A stretch of 64,000 nt of DNA from a virus. The stretch lies in the IMG/VR virus record IMGVR_UViG_3300006749_000011, positions 1-64,000 of that record; one strand, written 5' to 3'. Shown here in pieces: positions 41,580-51,233 of this stretch. A program made the translations under genes and the position numbers. Numbering within the stretch: position 1 is the stretch's first letter; every line of letters begins with the position of its first letter. The notes below the pieces were generated by a model, which made no database searches, was not told the origin of the DNA, and was given only the letters and a program-made list of their open reading frames with translations.

Positions 41580-44371
41580 TGATAGATAAAATTGGTTTTG
41601 AAGTATTACCAAATGTATATTTTAGAGACATCTTTGTTACAAAAGTTGTTACTCATAGTGATAATGTAAATAAAAGAATTTTCAAAAGATTAGAATTTAA
41701 AGTAAAACTTATTTGTTACGACGACATAGTAACCAAAACTTGGTCGAAAAATGATTCAACGATAATGCCATTAATGCAAATTAAACTAAATGTCCTTTTT
41801 GGCGATGATATACAAGAAGAATATGTTATTCCTATATCTGCTAATAAAGAGATAGAGCATCAGTTTATGCTATCAGAATCAACAATGAAATTGTATAGCA
41901 ACTATAGAAAAGAAGATAACATATTATTAGAATGTTGTGTTTTTTTAGATAGTAATAAACTAAAATCATATTATGCTATTGATATAAACGAGGAAATAAG
42001 AGGACCAAAAAGCTCAGAAATAATAATCAATGGCAAAGAACATAAACATGTAACACCTCAAAAAACATATATTTATGTTTATGAAGACGGTAGACCTGTG
42101 TATGGTCCGTATCATCAACATATAGCACCTCCAGAAGTAACTCAGGAAGTTGTGATGCAAGGTTCGTTTCATAGGAACAAAGCGCATAAAAAGATTTTTA
42201 GAAAAGAAATAGCAAGTGCACAAAAAATATCATATAATGTAAAGCATGAACCAATTTTTAATATTAACTTGAATGACCCTAAGCCAATAGGAAACCTTCC
42301 CTATGATTTTAATTTTAAAGGGGATAATATCCCCTTGTTATCAGAAGAGATATTAAACAGATTAAAGCCTACCTTAATAAGCAACTTTTCTCAAAATGAC
42401 AAAAAATCAAAATTTAATATATCTTTTTCTAAAAACATCATGGGTCTTCAAAACAAGAATTGCAAAACCTTATACAAGACAAACCCAGAGTTGTTTCTAT
42501 CTTTACAAAATAAAATTAGTGTAAAAAGTATGACTGTTTTAAGAGCAGAGATAAACTCTCAAGTCATAAGAAACAGATGTAATGTTATAATAGGAGAAAC
42601 CGAACAGGAACTTAAATATGAAAAAGTTTCTTATATTGTTTTTAAAGATAACAACGTTGATGAAACAATAACTTTTAGAACCAACGATGGCCGCCTTAGA
42701 TACATCGATAAGAAATCAATTAAAAAATTAGAAGATAACAATTATAAAACAAACGATTTCACAACAAGAGGCTTGAGAGACTCTAAAGTGATTTGTTCTG
42801 TAAAAAAATCATCCGTGCAAATGGAGGATGTGGAGACTTTAGATTTTGTAGACAACTCCCTAGATGAAACAAGTAATACTAAATACAAATATTCAATTGA
42901 ATATGAAGTAGAAACAAAACTTGATAGTATTATAGCAGAAACTGTTAACAATTTAAGAAAGCAAGTTTCTGAAATTAATGGTATATTAAGAAGAGTCGAA
43001 AGAAAAAAACATTTTAATTTTAGAACTAATCGGTTTACAAAATCTTTTATGATTGAACTACACAGTTATTATGACATGGTGCTTTTTGAAGAGAACGGAT
43101 TATTAAACCTAATACAGAACAACTCTACAAACAATGTTAAAGCTTATTGGATTCAAGCGCCTTTTTTATTATCAAAAGTCACAGAGTTCTCTAGAGGCAA
43201 AGGTGACCAAATATATAAGGATGTCTACAACTTGTTATCCCCAATGACTACATCTCCGATAAAAATTAGAAAAGCTGTCACCATAATGAATAAGGAAATT
43301 AAATATATAGAAGACAAATACAATCTACCAAGTAATAAAAAAACCAGTAAGGTAGTGAAAAAGAATCAAAGTAAACCAAAAAACAAGTTTACTATAAGAC
43401 ACAGTTCAAACAAAATTATAAAAAATAAAAAAATGTTAAACAAAACTTCTTTTATAAAAAACATAAAAAATGGAAAACTAAAGAAATCAGAATTAATCAA
43501 AAGAGGCAATGTTGAGGTTAATAAGTTTTTTAACACTCAACCTGTGACCTCAAATTTAAAATTTGAGTCTCTAGATAATGATGAAAAGATAGCCTTATCT
43601 GATATCACTGAAAATTTGACTTACTTCACTCCTCAATCTATAAAAATAGGTTCTCAAGAAAAAGACCTGTCGGGTAACAATATTGATAAATTTAATCTGG
43701 ATTTTTTTGATAAGATTGTTGATGCAAAAATAAAAAATTCTTTACAGTTTTCAACTCCAAAAACTAATGTAGCAAATCTAATTTCATTACAAGTGGTTGA
43801 TGACCCTAACGTAAAAGATTATTTAGGTGATGATACTCTATTTGTAAGTGAAAACTTACAAGCAACCGAGCAGTTTAAAAGACTTAAAGCTTTTAACAAT
43901 AGTTTTGCAAAAAATTTGTCTATTAATAAAAAGAACAAGTTAAACACCGCAAAGTTTGATCCTGATTCTAATAAGTTTTCTTTAAAAAAATATAACAAAG
44001 TAGATAAAAAATCAAAACTAAAAAATCTTCCGCTTTCCATAAAGTCTATATTACTTGGAAATAACGAAACTATTACAAAATTTCCAATAAGAAATGGTCT
44101 GTTTGACCCTTTAAAAAGCCCAGAAACCAGTGAAGCCACAAAACAAAACTTTACTAGAATAAAAAAACTTGAATATTTAAGCGGCTATAGTTTTAAAGGT
44201 GGCTTTCCTATACTTAATAAACCAAAGTGGGTCAAGTTTGATAAAAGCTCAATAAATTATTCTAAAAAAATACTATGTAGAATGATTGATTATGAAGACG
44301 AAGATTTTGATATAACAGTTGATAACAACGAAATACCATCTGTTGATGATGTGTTTACACTAGAGGATTGA
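41579..44371 (+). CDS. Lys/Asn-rich hypothetical (probably structural) protein
   Basis: TAATG coupling puts the start at 41579; ~930 aa. Confidence 0.5.
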   Translation: MIDKIGFEVLPNVYFRDIFVTKVVTHSDNVNKRIFKRLEFKVKLICYDDIVTKTWSKNDSTIMPLMQIKLNVLFGDDIQEEYVIPISANKEIEHQFMLSESTMKLYSNYRKEDNILLECCVFLDSNKLKSYYAIDINEEIRGPKSSEIIINGKEHKHVTPQKTYIYVYEDGRPVYGPYHQHIAPPEVTQEVVMQGSFHRNKAHKKIFRKEIASAQKISYNVKHEPIFNINLNDPKPIGNLPYDFNFKGDNIPLLSEEILNRLKPTLISNFSQNDKKSKFNISFSKNIMGLQNKNCKTLYKTNPELFLSLQNKISVKSMTVLRAEINSQVIRNRCNVIIGETEQELKYEKVSYIVFKDNNVDETITFRTNDGRLRYIDKKSIKKLEDNNYKTNDFTTRGLRDSKVICSVKKSSVQMEDVETLDFVDNSLDETSNTKYKYSIEYEVETKLDSIIAETVNNLRKQVSEINGILRRVERKKHFNFRTNRFTKSFMIELHSYYDMVLFEENGLLNLIQNNSTNNVKAYWIQAPFLLSKVTEFSRGKGDQIYKDVYNLLSPMTTSPIKIRKAVTIMNKEIKYIEDKYNLPSNKKTSKVVKKNQSKPKNKFTIRHSSNKIIKNKKMLNKTSFIKNIKNGKLKKSELIKRGNVEVNKFFNTQPVTSNLKFESLDNDEKIALSDITENLTYFTPQSIKIGSQEKDLSGNNIDKFNLDFFDKIVDAKIKNSLQFSTPKTNVANLISLQVVDDPNVKDYLGDDTLFVSENLQATEQFKRLKAFNNSFAKNLSINKKNKLNTAKFDPDSNKFSLKKYNKVDKKSKLKNLPLSIKSILLGNNETITKFPIRNGLFDPLKSPETSEATKQNFTRIKKLEYLSGYSFKGGFPILNKPKWVKFDKSSINYSKKILCRMIDYEDEDFDITVDNNEIPSVDDVFTLED

Positions 44372-44375
44372 ATAA

Positions 44376-44651
44376 ATGCCAACCGAAGCAGAGTTATTAG
44401 AAGATTACACAATAGAATTAAAAAATTTAATTAATGCAAACATAGATGCAGCTAGCACAAACCCTTTAGTTGAACAAGAACCTAACTTTGCTGGGGATTT
44501 TATTAAACAAAATTCACCAGTAAAAGATATTTATGAATATGAAGATATACTAAACGAGAATTTAAATGAAGTTAATACAACAGAAACACAACCTACTGAT
44601 TCCAGAAACACTACAGAGCCCAACAACTCTGGACAGTCTTCTAGCTACTAG
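44376..44651 (+). CDS. Short acidic ORF, possibly the N-terminal part of the next gene
   Basis: GAGGA RBS; overlaps the next ORF by 86 nt in another frame. Confidence 0.5.
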   Translation: MPTEAELLEDYTIELKNLINANIDAASTNPLVEQEPNFAGDFIKQNSPVKDIYEYEDILNENLNEVNTTETQPTDSRNTTEPNNSGQSSSY

Positions 44652-46719
44652 TTATAACTCAAGTGGTGATTTGGTCGAAAGTGATCAGGATTTCAGCTAT
44701 TCAATCCCTGAAGCATTTATTACTGATACTGATAATGATTTATCCGAAATTATCACCATTTTGTCTCCAAGGAACTCAGAAATAAACGATAACTTATCAA
44801 ACACAGGTGATTCATTTGTATACAGCTTATTAGCTAACAAACCAGCAACTTTTTCGTTACATTCAATTTACAATTATGAATTTTTTACTTATGAACAGTT
44901 AACAAAAAACTTAGACAGCTTATTATTGCCAAGCTACAATCTGTTTAGACATGACGTTAACACAGATATAAATACAGTTAAATCTTACGGAGGCAAATAC
45001 AATCCCAATGATGTAGCATCGAAAGTTTTAATTAAGAATATTAACGACAACACTATAAATCACTACTATACTTTTTTTGATAAAGCCAACCAAAAGCTTG
45101 GAAACGAGGTAAAAGATTACGATGATAACTATTACAAGTGGCTTACTGATACAGAAATGAGAAACCCTTCTTTACCAAACGACTATCACTTAAAAACAAA
45201 AAATATTTTTATGGAATCTACCAGCAACAAAGATACTGCATATATACCTTTTTATAATTTAATAAAAATTAATAAAATGCAAAAATCTGATGAATATTCT
45301 TTGATAGACATATTGAAAGATTTAGATATATTTTTCAACATCATGGTTCACACAAAAAGAGAACAACCAGAAGTATCTAGACACAAACAAGGTGCAAGGA
45401 ACATTTCTATAAAAAAATGGGATTTAAACCTTGAACAATTAAACGATGGTGTACAAGAACTAGATGATGAGACATTTTTAAAAAACAAAAGTATTAAAAA
45501 CAACAAAACACTAAGCACTTCGCGCCCAATAGAAAAATTAAAAAACTATTTTGATGATAGATTAAAAAAGTTTATTTTATATAAAAAATTACAACAAGTC
45601 AAAAAAGAAAATGTTCTAAACTTTGTGGACATGATTATAAACAAAAAACCTATAAACAAAGTTTTTATAGGTTTCAAAATAGAGAAAAAACTTTCTTTAG
45701 GCGGAACAACTACACAGACCTTTTACATTCAAAGTAATGATGTACAATTAATAGATACACAAATACAATATGACAGAACATATTATTATAAAATTTCAGA
45801 ACTTTTTTTGTCATATGAAAACGAATATAGCTATTCAACCAGTGAAGAAATAGTCCTTAGTTATGATGATTTTGATTACCAAAATAAAATTGAACTTTTG
45901 TTTTCATCAAACGTAAATATGAAAATTATAGAAATACCAACAGGGATGCTTGAAAGAAGGGTCCTTGCTCCTCCACTATTTAAACCAGATATTAGAGTTT
46001 ATACCAACACACAAGTAGACCATAAAGTAAAATTTTTAGTTAGCGATAGATTTGGTAACTCAACAACAAGAGAAGATTTTTATACTGTTTTAAACGAATC
46101 AGACAGAGAATACAGAGAAAGACTTAAATTAGCTGGTATAGTAAACTCTTCAAATCGATCTTATTTCTCATACAGAAGCAGGACAGGTACTTTTAGAGTG
46201 TATAAATTAGAAAAGAAGCCTACAAAATATGAAGATTTTGCTGATTCTTTCTTGGGAGTAATTGGAGATACAAGCAATCTTGACGGAGTGCCATCAGCAT
46301 TGTTCACTGATCACATAAAGTACGAACAAAAATATTATTATCTATTTGTACCAATAAGTAGGCAAGGACAAGGAGGTAACCCTTCTTTTGTTCAAGAAGT
46401 TCAGTTGTTAAAAGATGCTGATGAAAATATATTAAGATACAGTTCTTATGAATTATCAGAACCTGAAGAAGACTATATCAACGAAACATCTTATAGAAAA
46501 TTTATTCAAGTTGTACCTAATTATAATCAGACAATACCAAAAAGTAATTTAGACATGGTACAAATAAGCGAAACTAATGAAAATCCAAAATTACTTGGAC
46601 CTGATGAAAATAGCTTATGGGATTTAAGAGGAAACAAGTTTATAAAACTTAGAGTAGAATCAAAATCAACAGGAAAGAAATTTGATTTGAACTTAAGATT
46701 TAAATTAAAAAAACCATAG
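44566..46719 (+). CDS. Hypothetical structural protein (start uncertain)
   Basis: 717-aa ORF; D..I.Y...YYY motifs reminiscent of FN3-like strands. Confidence 0.55.
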   Translation: MKLIQQKHNLLIPETLQSPTTLDSLLATSYNSSGDLVESDQDFSYSIPEAFITDTDNDLSEIITILSPRNSEINDNLSNTGDSFVYSLLANKPATFSLHSIYNYEFFTYEQLTKNLDSLLLPSYNLFRHDVNTDINTVKSYGGKYNPNDVASKVLIKNINDNTINHYYTFFDKANQKLGNEVKDYDDNYYKWLTDTEMRNPSLPNDYHLKTKNIFMESTSNKDTAYIPFYNLIKINKMQKSDEYSLIDILKDLDIFFNIMVHTKREQPEVSRHKQGARNISIKKWDLNLEQLNDGVQELDDETFLKNKSIKNNKTLSTSRPIEKLKNYFDDRLKKFILYKKLQQVKKENVLNFVDMIINKKPINKVFIGFKIEKKLSLGGTTTQTFYIQSNDVQLIDTQIQYDRTYYYKISELFLSYENEYSYSTSEEIVLSYDDFDYQNKIELLFSSNVNMKIIEIPTGMLERRVLAPPLFKPDIRVYTNTQVDHKVKFLVSDRFGNSTTREDFYTVLNESDREYRERLKLAGIVNSSNRSYFSYRSRTGTFRVYKLEKKPTKYEDFADSFLGVIGDTSNLDGVPSALFTDHIKYEQKYYYLFVPISRQGQGGNPSFVQEVQLLKDADENILRYSSYELSEPEEDYINETSYRKFIQVVPNYNQTIPKSNLDMVQISETNENPKLLGPDENSLWDLRGNKFIKLRVESKSTGKKFDLNLRFKLKKP

Positions 46720-46752
46720 TTTGAGATAATTATAGAGAATAGGAGAATATAA

Positions 46753-47703
46753 ATGGCATTTCAAGACAACAGTGGAGACATAATCTTTGACGTAGTTCTT
46801 ACCGATGAAGGTAGAAAACGCTTAGCAAAAGGTGATGGTAGTTTTAACATAGCACAGTTTGCCCTCGGAGACGATGAGATAAATTATGCCTTGTATGATA
46901 AAACAACCACAACAGCAACACAAGATTTATCTATTTTGCAAACACCTGTGTTTGAAGCTTTCACTAACAATATGTCTTCTATTAAGACAAAACTTATGAC
47001 AATACCAAGAAACGATTTGTTGTACCTTTCTGTTTTAAAATTAAATGAATTACCAAGAGGCGCAGCCATGCACTCTAATGGCGCATTTGTTGTAGCTGTT
47101 GACGGAACAACAGAAAACAATAACGAAGCAGAAACACCCACAACAGCAATTGGTATAGCCAGCGATAAAAAAATAAACGAAGGTATAATTTTTGGTAAGA
47201 CAATCAAAGAACAGTCAACCTATATCAGAATCGATTCTGGTTTAGATACCACCGAAATACCACCAGACGGCACATATATTTCAGATTTGCAAGAAACTGG
47301 TTTTATAATTGAAATTGATAATAGGTTAGGAAACATATGTTCTAAAGATGGTTCAATAATTAAAACACCAGATTTTATTGATGATGATAATGTCGCAAGT
47401 TATTCATTCCAAGCAGGAACTGCTGGAGACCCTCAGTTTGTTCAGTTTAATACCAGCACTGTGAATGGTGGAACAGAAACTATTGCCGGTCCTCGTGGCA
47501 TCATGATTGAATTTAAAATTAAATCATCTATTGATTTAGAAAAAAGCTCACACTTGTTTACTTTGTTGGGAACAGATAGCACTATGACTAAAGCTGCAAC
47601 TGGTCAACAAGCAATTAAACAAATAGACTCTGTTGTTAGAGTTATAGGTGAAAGCACAGGCTACGCTGTAAGCGTTCCTGTTAGATTTGTTAAAGTAGTA
47701 TAA
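46753..47703 (+). CDS. Tail/baseplate structural protein
   Basis: AGGAG RBS; VLTDEGRKRLA...FALGDDEINY resembles the N-terminus of tail-fibre attachment domains. Confidence 0.6.
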   Translation: MAFQDNSGDIIFDVVLTDEGRKRLAKGDGSFNIAQFALGDDEINYALYDKTTTTATQDLSILQTPVFEAFTNNMSSIKTKLMTIPRNDLLYLSVLKLNELPRGAAMHSNGAFVVAVDGTTENNNEAETPTTAIGIASDKKINEGIIFGKTIKEQSTYIRIDSGLDTTEIPPDGTYISDLQETGFIIEIDNRLGNICSKDGSIIKTPDFIDDDNVASYSFQAGTAGDPQFVQFNTSTVNGGTETIAGPRGIMIEFKIKSSIDLEKSSHLFTLLGTDSTMTKAATGQQAIKQIDSVVRVIGESTGYAVSVPVRFVKVV

Positions 47704-47716
47704 AAAAGGATATAAA

Positions 47717-48865
47717 ATGGCTAATACGTTTAAAAATATAGAACCAAATGATGTAATATCAACAAGAACTCTTCTTCATGAAGCAATTCCATTAACAGGA
47801 ACAATTGTTAGTGGAACTTACGGAACAACTAATAAAATACTTGGTGATGAAGAGAATGTAAAAAACTTTTCACACGGAATGTTCCAGTCTGTTTATGATT
47901 ACCCGTTTCTCAGTTCTTCAGCAAATCATATTTTTGATATAACTGTGGGATATGCTAATAGTTCTACTCTAAGTTCATCTGCAAACGCTCAAAATGCTAA
48001 GAAAATTAATTTATATAATCAAATGGCACAAGTTTGTATGGGTTATGACAAAACAGGTTCTATACAATTGTTTGATGAAGATGGAGATTTAGCGTCTGGT
48101 ACAAAAATGAAAGAGTGTATGTTTTTTAACTTTTCAAGACTTCTTGTCAAAGATGAGATTAAAAAAGGCTCTTTTCAATTAGAGTTAGGAATCCACCCGA
48201 GTTTTGAACAAGCAGGTGCTACTACAATGAACAATAGAATTAAAATAACTGATTCCAGTGGCTCTAATGGATACAAGACTAATTCACCTGTTGGCGAATA
48301 TGGTGTTCTTTTTGCTACTAGTAGTACAACCACCCCAGCAAATACTCTTCAAGCTGGTGTCACATCTACAGGTGTTGGTCAACCTGCTGTTGGTTTAATA
48401 TTTTATCAAGCAGGAATCGCAGTAATTTCGGGATCAGTATTCAGCAAAGCTAATGCTGGAGGAATACTTAATAATTCTGCCACTGGAATAGATACAGTAA
48501 AACTTTCAACTAATAGTGGTAACACTGGTTTTGGCTTTGTGACAGGTTCTCAAATTTCATCTTCCGCCGATGCAATAAGAAACAGAATTTATAATATTCA
48601 ATTCAATAATACAACGGAATTAAATTCAACAATATATTTCTGTCGTGTAAATCACAATGAGTACAACTATTCTGGTAATCCAACTTATCTTTCAAGTTCA
48701 AAGATTGTTGTAAAAGACAACATTGGAGACCAACCAATATCTTATATTACCTCTGTTGGGCTTTATAGCGCAGATGGTGCTCTTATGGCTGTTGGTAAAT
48801 TATCAGAACCTCTTCGTAAAGACCCATCAATTGAATATACTTTACGAGCTAGACTAGACTACTAA
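47717..48865 (+). CDS. Tail/baseplate structural protein
   Basis: IKKGSF, GLIFY..G, FC...N.S.NPT, YITSVGLY...VGKLS.P.RK...LDY. Confidence 0.6.
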   Translation: MANTFKNIEPNDVISTRTLLHEAIPLTGTIVSGTYGTTNKILGDEENVKNFSHGMFQSVYDYPFLSSSANHIFDITVGYANSSTLSSSANAQNAKKINLYNQMAQVCMGYDKTGSIQLFDEDGDLASGTKMKECMFFNFSRLLVKDEIKKGSFQLELGIHPSFEQAGATTMNNRIKITDSSGSNGYKTNSPVGEYGVLFATSSTTTPANTLQAGVTSTGVGQPAVGLIFYQAGIAVISGSVFSKANAGGILNNSATGIDTVKLSTNSGNTGFGFVTGSQISSSADAIRNRIYNIQFNNTTELNSTIYFCRVNHNEYNYSGNPTYLSSSKIVVKDNIGDQPISYITSVGLYSADGALMAVGKLSEPLRKDPSIEYTLRARLDY

Positions 48866-48866
48866 A

Positions 48867-50099
48867 ATGAATTATGAAAAGTTTAAACCAGATGACATCA
48901 TTATCAATAGAATAAAAGCTCATCCAAAACAAAGCTTTTTCATATACGATCAAGAAGTCTACATAAACACAAGAAATAATCTTGTTGGAGCATATGCAAA
49001 CGAGTTTTCTGTTGCAACAGGTTCTGTAAGTTTGTATGAATTAAACATAGACAGAGCGCCTGTGGTAGATGGCAAACAACAATCTTTTATAGAACCATCA
49101 GTTGTTGGATACAAAACTGTTCTAGCTGATAAGAAACAGTTTAATACCATGTTGGGCAAAGCACACTCAGATTCTCTCTACAGCCCAGCTTCCTCCGGTG
49201 AGTACAGGATGAGTGCTTCTATAACAAGAATATACTCTGAGCCTACATCTGTTAAATATTTAGGTGTTGAACAAAATAAAAATACCCATATACTAGCTTT
49301 ACAAAATTCTGCTGATACTTATACAACATTAAGCAAGCACTATAACTTTACATCCTCGAACTATTTGTCTCGAGACCTTACTGAAGCAACTGTGAACATT
49401 ATCGACATACCTACAATATTTTATGAATCATCACTTAAAAAAGGTTCTGTAAATTTAAAGTTTTATTTAACAGGATCGTTAATCGGAGAATGTGCTGATA
49501 CAAAAAGAAACGGTGAGTTGATAGAAACCACAGGCTCTAATGCCGGACAGTGCGTTGGTATTGTTATGTATAATGAAGGTGTTATTGTTTTAACTAGTTC
49601 TAATGCCATAGACTCAACAGGTGGTTCTTGGGTTAATTTTAATGGAACTGCTGGTACTGAACAAGCATCTTGGCTTTACTATGCAGCTGGTGCAAATGAC
49701 GGAATAACTCACGACACCGCAGGAGCAGATCAAATTGCTAATGCTAGTTTTAATTTAGAGTTTGAGGGTACTTCTTATACTAATACAATGACATTGTTTT
49801 GCCATGCGGATAAAGGTAAACTTAACTATTCCAATAATCCAACGTTCCTAGAGAGTGGTTCATTTTGTTCTACTTTTAACACTTCATCCTATTCTTACTC
49901 TGAGCCGGCCATAAGTATTAAAAATGTTGTATCATCTTCTTATTCTGGACATAATGAAAACTTTGAAAGAACAACTTATATATCCAAAGTTGGTATTTAC
50001 GATGAAGAAGGACACTTAGTCATGATTGCATCTTTAGCAAAACCGATAAGAAAGAAAGAGAACGACGAGTATACATTTAAATTAACTTACGATATTTAA
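48867..50099 (+). CDS. Tail/baseplate structural protein, paralog of 47717..48865
   Basis: Shares LKKGS, GIVMY.EG, FC...NYSNNPT, YISKVGIY...LAKPIRK...YDI. Confidence 0.6.
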   Translation: MNYEKFKPDDIIINRIKAHPKQSFFIYDQEVYINTRNNLVGAYANEFSVATGSVSLYELNIDRAPVVDGKQQSFIEPSVVGYKTVLADKKQFNTMLGKAHSDSLYSPASSGEYRMSASITRIYSEPTSVKYLGVEQNKNTHILALQNSADTYTTLSKHYNFTSSNYLSRDLTEATVNIIDIPTIFYESSLKKGSVNLKFYLTGSLIGECADTKRNGELIETTGSNAGQCVGIVMYNEGVIVLTSSNAIDSTGGSWVNFNGTAGTEQASWLYYAAGANDGITHDTAGADQIANASFNLEFEGTSYTNTMTLFCHADKGKLNYSNNPTFLESGSFCSTFNTSSYSYSEPAISIKNVVSSSYSGHNENFERTTYISKVGIYDEEGHLVMIASLAKPIRKKENDEYTFKLTYDI

Positions 50100-50108
50100 A
50101 AAAAATAC

Positions 50109-50137
50109 TTGACAAACCAAAATTTATATGTTATAAT
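50109..50137 (+). promoter_or_regulatory. Sigma70-type promoter
   Basis: TTGACA 50109-50114, 17 bp, TG-T-TATAAT 50132-50137. Confidence 0.9.
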
Positions 50138-50145
50138 AGATTATT

Positions 50146-50670
50146 ATGATTATTTTAGGACTAGATATAAGTTCAAGCAGAATAGGTTATTGCTTGATAA
50201 ACGAAAACGAAGACCTGCTTCTTGTTGATGAGATAAAACTAAAACCATCTCAATCTCTCGAAGAACGTGCTGATATCTTCAAAAAAGAAATGGAATGTAT
50301 TATAAGGTCTTTACAACAACAGGAGGTAGATTATGTTTTTATTGAACAACCATTCGTGGCATTCTCGGGAGGCAAGACAACAGCAGCGACAATGGCCAAG
50401 TTACAACGTTTTAATGGTATGTGTAGCTATGTGGTGCACGATTTATTTGGCGGCCCTGCAACTCTCCTTCAGGCGAACAAAGCTCGGGGTCTCGTTGATC
50501 TCAAAATCAAAAGGGGTGATAACACGAAGCTCAAGGTTATTGAGTGGGTTAGTGATAAATATCCAAAAGAATTCATAGTTGAGTACACAAGACACGGCAA
50601 TCCAAAACCCGGAACCGATGATAAAGCCGATGCAATTGTTATAGCAAATGCTGGGTTAAAAACTATTTAG
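50146..50670 (+). CDS. RuvC-like Holliday junction resolvase
   Basis: ILGLDIS, FIEQP, DKADA acidic tetrad. Confidence 0.85.
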   Translation: MIILGLDISSSRIGYCLINENEDLLLVDEIKLKPSQSLEERADIFKKEMECIIRSLQQQEVDYVFIEQPFVAFSGGKTTAATMAKLQRFNGMCSYVVHDLFGGPATLLQANKARGLVDLKIKRGDNTKLKVIEWVSDKYPKEFIVEYTRHGNPKPGTDDKADAIVIANAGLKTI

Positions 50671-50681
50671 ACATAAAGAGG
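50657..50681 (+). repeat. Repeat B copy 1 (25 bp; candidate late promoter + RBS)
   Basis: TAAAAACTATTTAGACATAAAGAGG, identical to 51202-51226. Confidence 0.95.
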
Positions 50682-50688
50682 AATTATT

Positions 50689-51156
50689 ATGTCAAACGAT
50701 ATGAAACTTATAATGGAATCTTGGAGAACAAACCAACTTTTGTTAGAATCAGGCCAAAAAAATGTTATAAACTTTGCAAAAAACATTGCATCCAATAAAG
50801 TATCAGATGAAAAAATCGAACAGGTTTTTGATAAATTAGAGAAGAATGAAGACTTTTTAAAACTTGTAGATATCTTTAAAAAATTAGAAGAAGAACCTAT
50901 TGAAGAAGGAGCTTTGCTTGACGCTGAAGCAACAGTGTCGATTAAAGGAATGCAACTTATGGATTACATAAAAAGACAACCCGGCGGGAATGCTCTATTA
51001 AAAGCATCAGGCCCAATTATGGCTATGGCTTATATATATACCAAAATAAAAATGGGTCGAGGAGATCTTGACCCTACAGATCTACAATCCGCAGCCGAAA
51101 TAGCCACAAAAGGAACTAGTGCAGATCTTGTAGATATCGCCACTGGTGGTGGATAA
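50689..51156 (+). CDS. Hypothetical protein with MKLIMESW leader
   Basis: GAGG RBS; leader similar to that of 51234. Confidence 0.7.
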   Translation: MSNDMKLIMESWRTNQLLLESGQKNVINFAKNIASNKVSDEKIEQVFDKLEKNEDFLKLVDIFKKLEEEPIEEGALLDAEATVSIKGMQLMDYIKRQPGGNALLKASGPIMAMAYIYTKIKMGRGDLDPTDLQSAAEIATKGTSADLVDIATGGG

Positions 51157-51174
51157 AAAAAATAAAAAAATAAT

Positions 51175-51206
51175 TTGACAAATTTTCAAAACGTGTTATA
51201 CTAAAA
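51175..51206 (+). repeat. Repeat A copy 1 (32 bp; sigma70-type promoter)
   Basis: TTGACAAATTTTCAAAACGTGTTATACTAAAA (TTGACA-16-TATACT), identical to 51956-51987. Confidence 0.95.
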
Positions 51207-51226
51207 ACTATTTAGACATAAAGAGG
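51202..51226 (+). repeat. Repeat B copy 2
   Basis: Identical to 50657-50681; overlaps repeat A copy 1 by TAAAA. Confidence 0.95.
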
Positions 51227-51233
51227 TACCTTT

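Noticed and set aside
36697-44390. Identical MPTEA starts of the genes at 36697 and 44376
   Set aside because: Similarity ends after five residues; cannot be distinguished from chance
44649-44657. Stop-codon reassignment or TAG readthrough
   Set aside because: The TAG is followed in frame by TTA TAA; genes elsewhere are full length in code 11 and end in TAA, TAG and TGA
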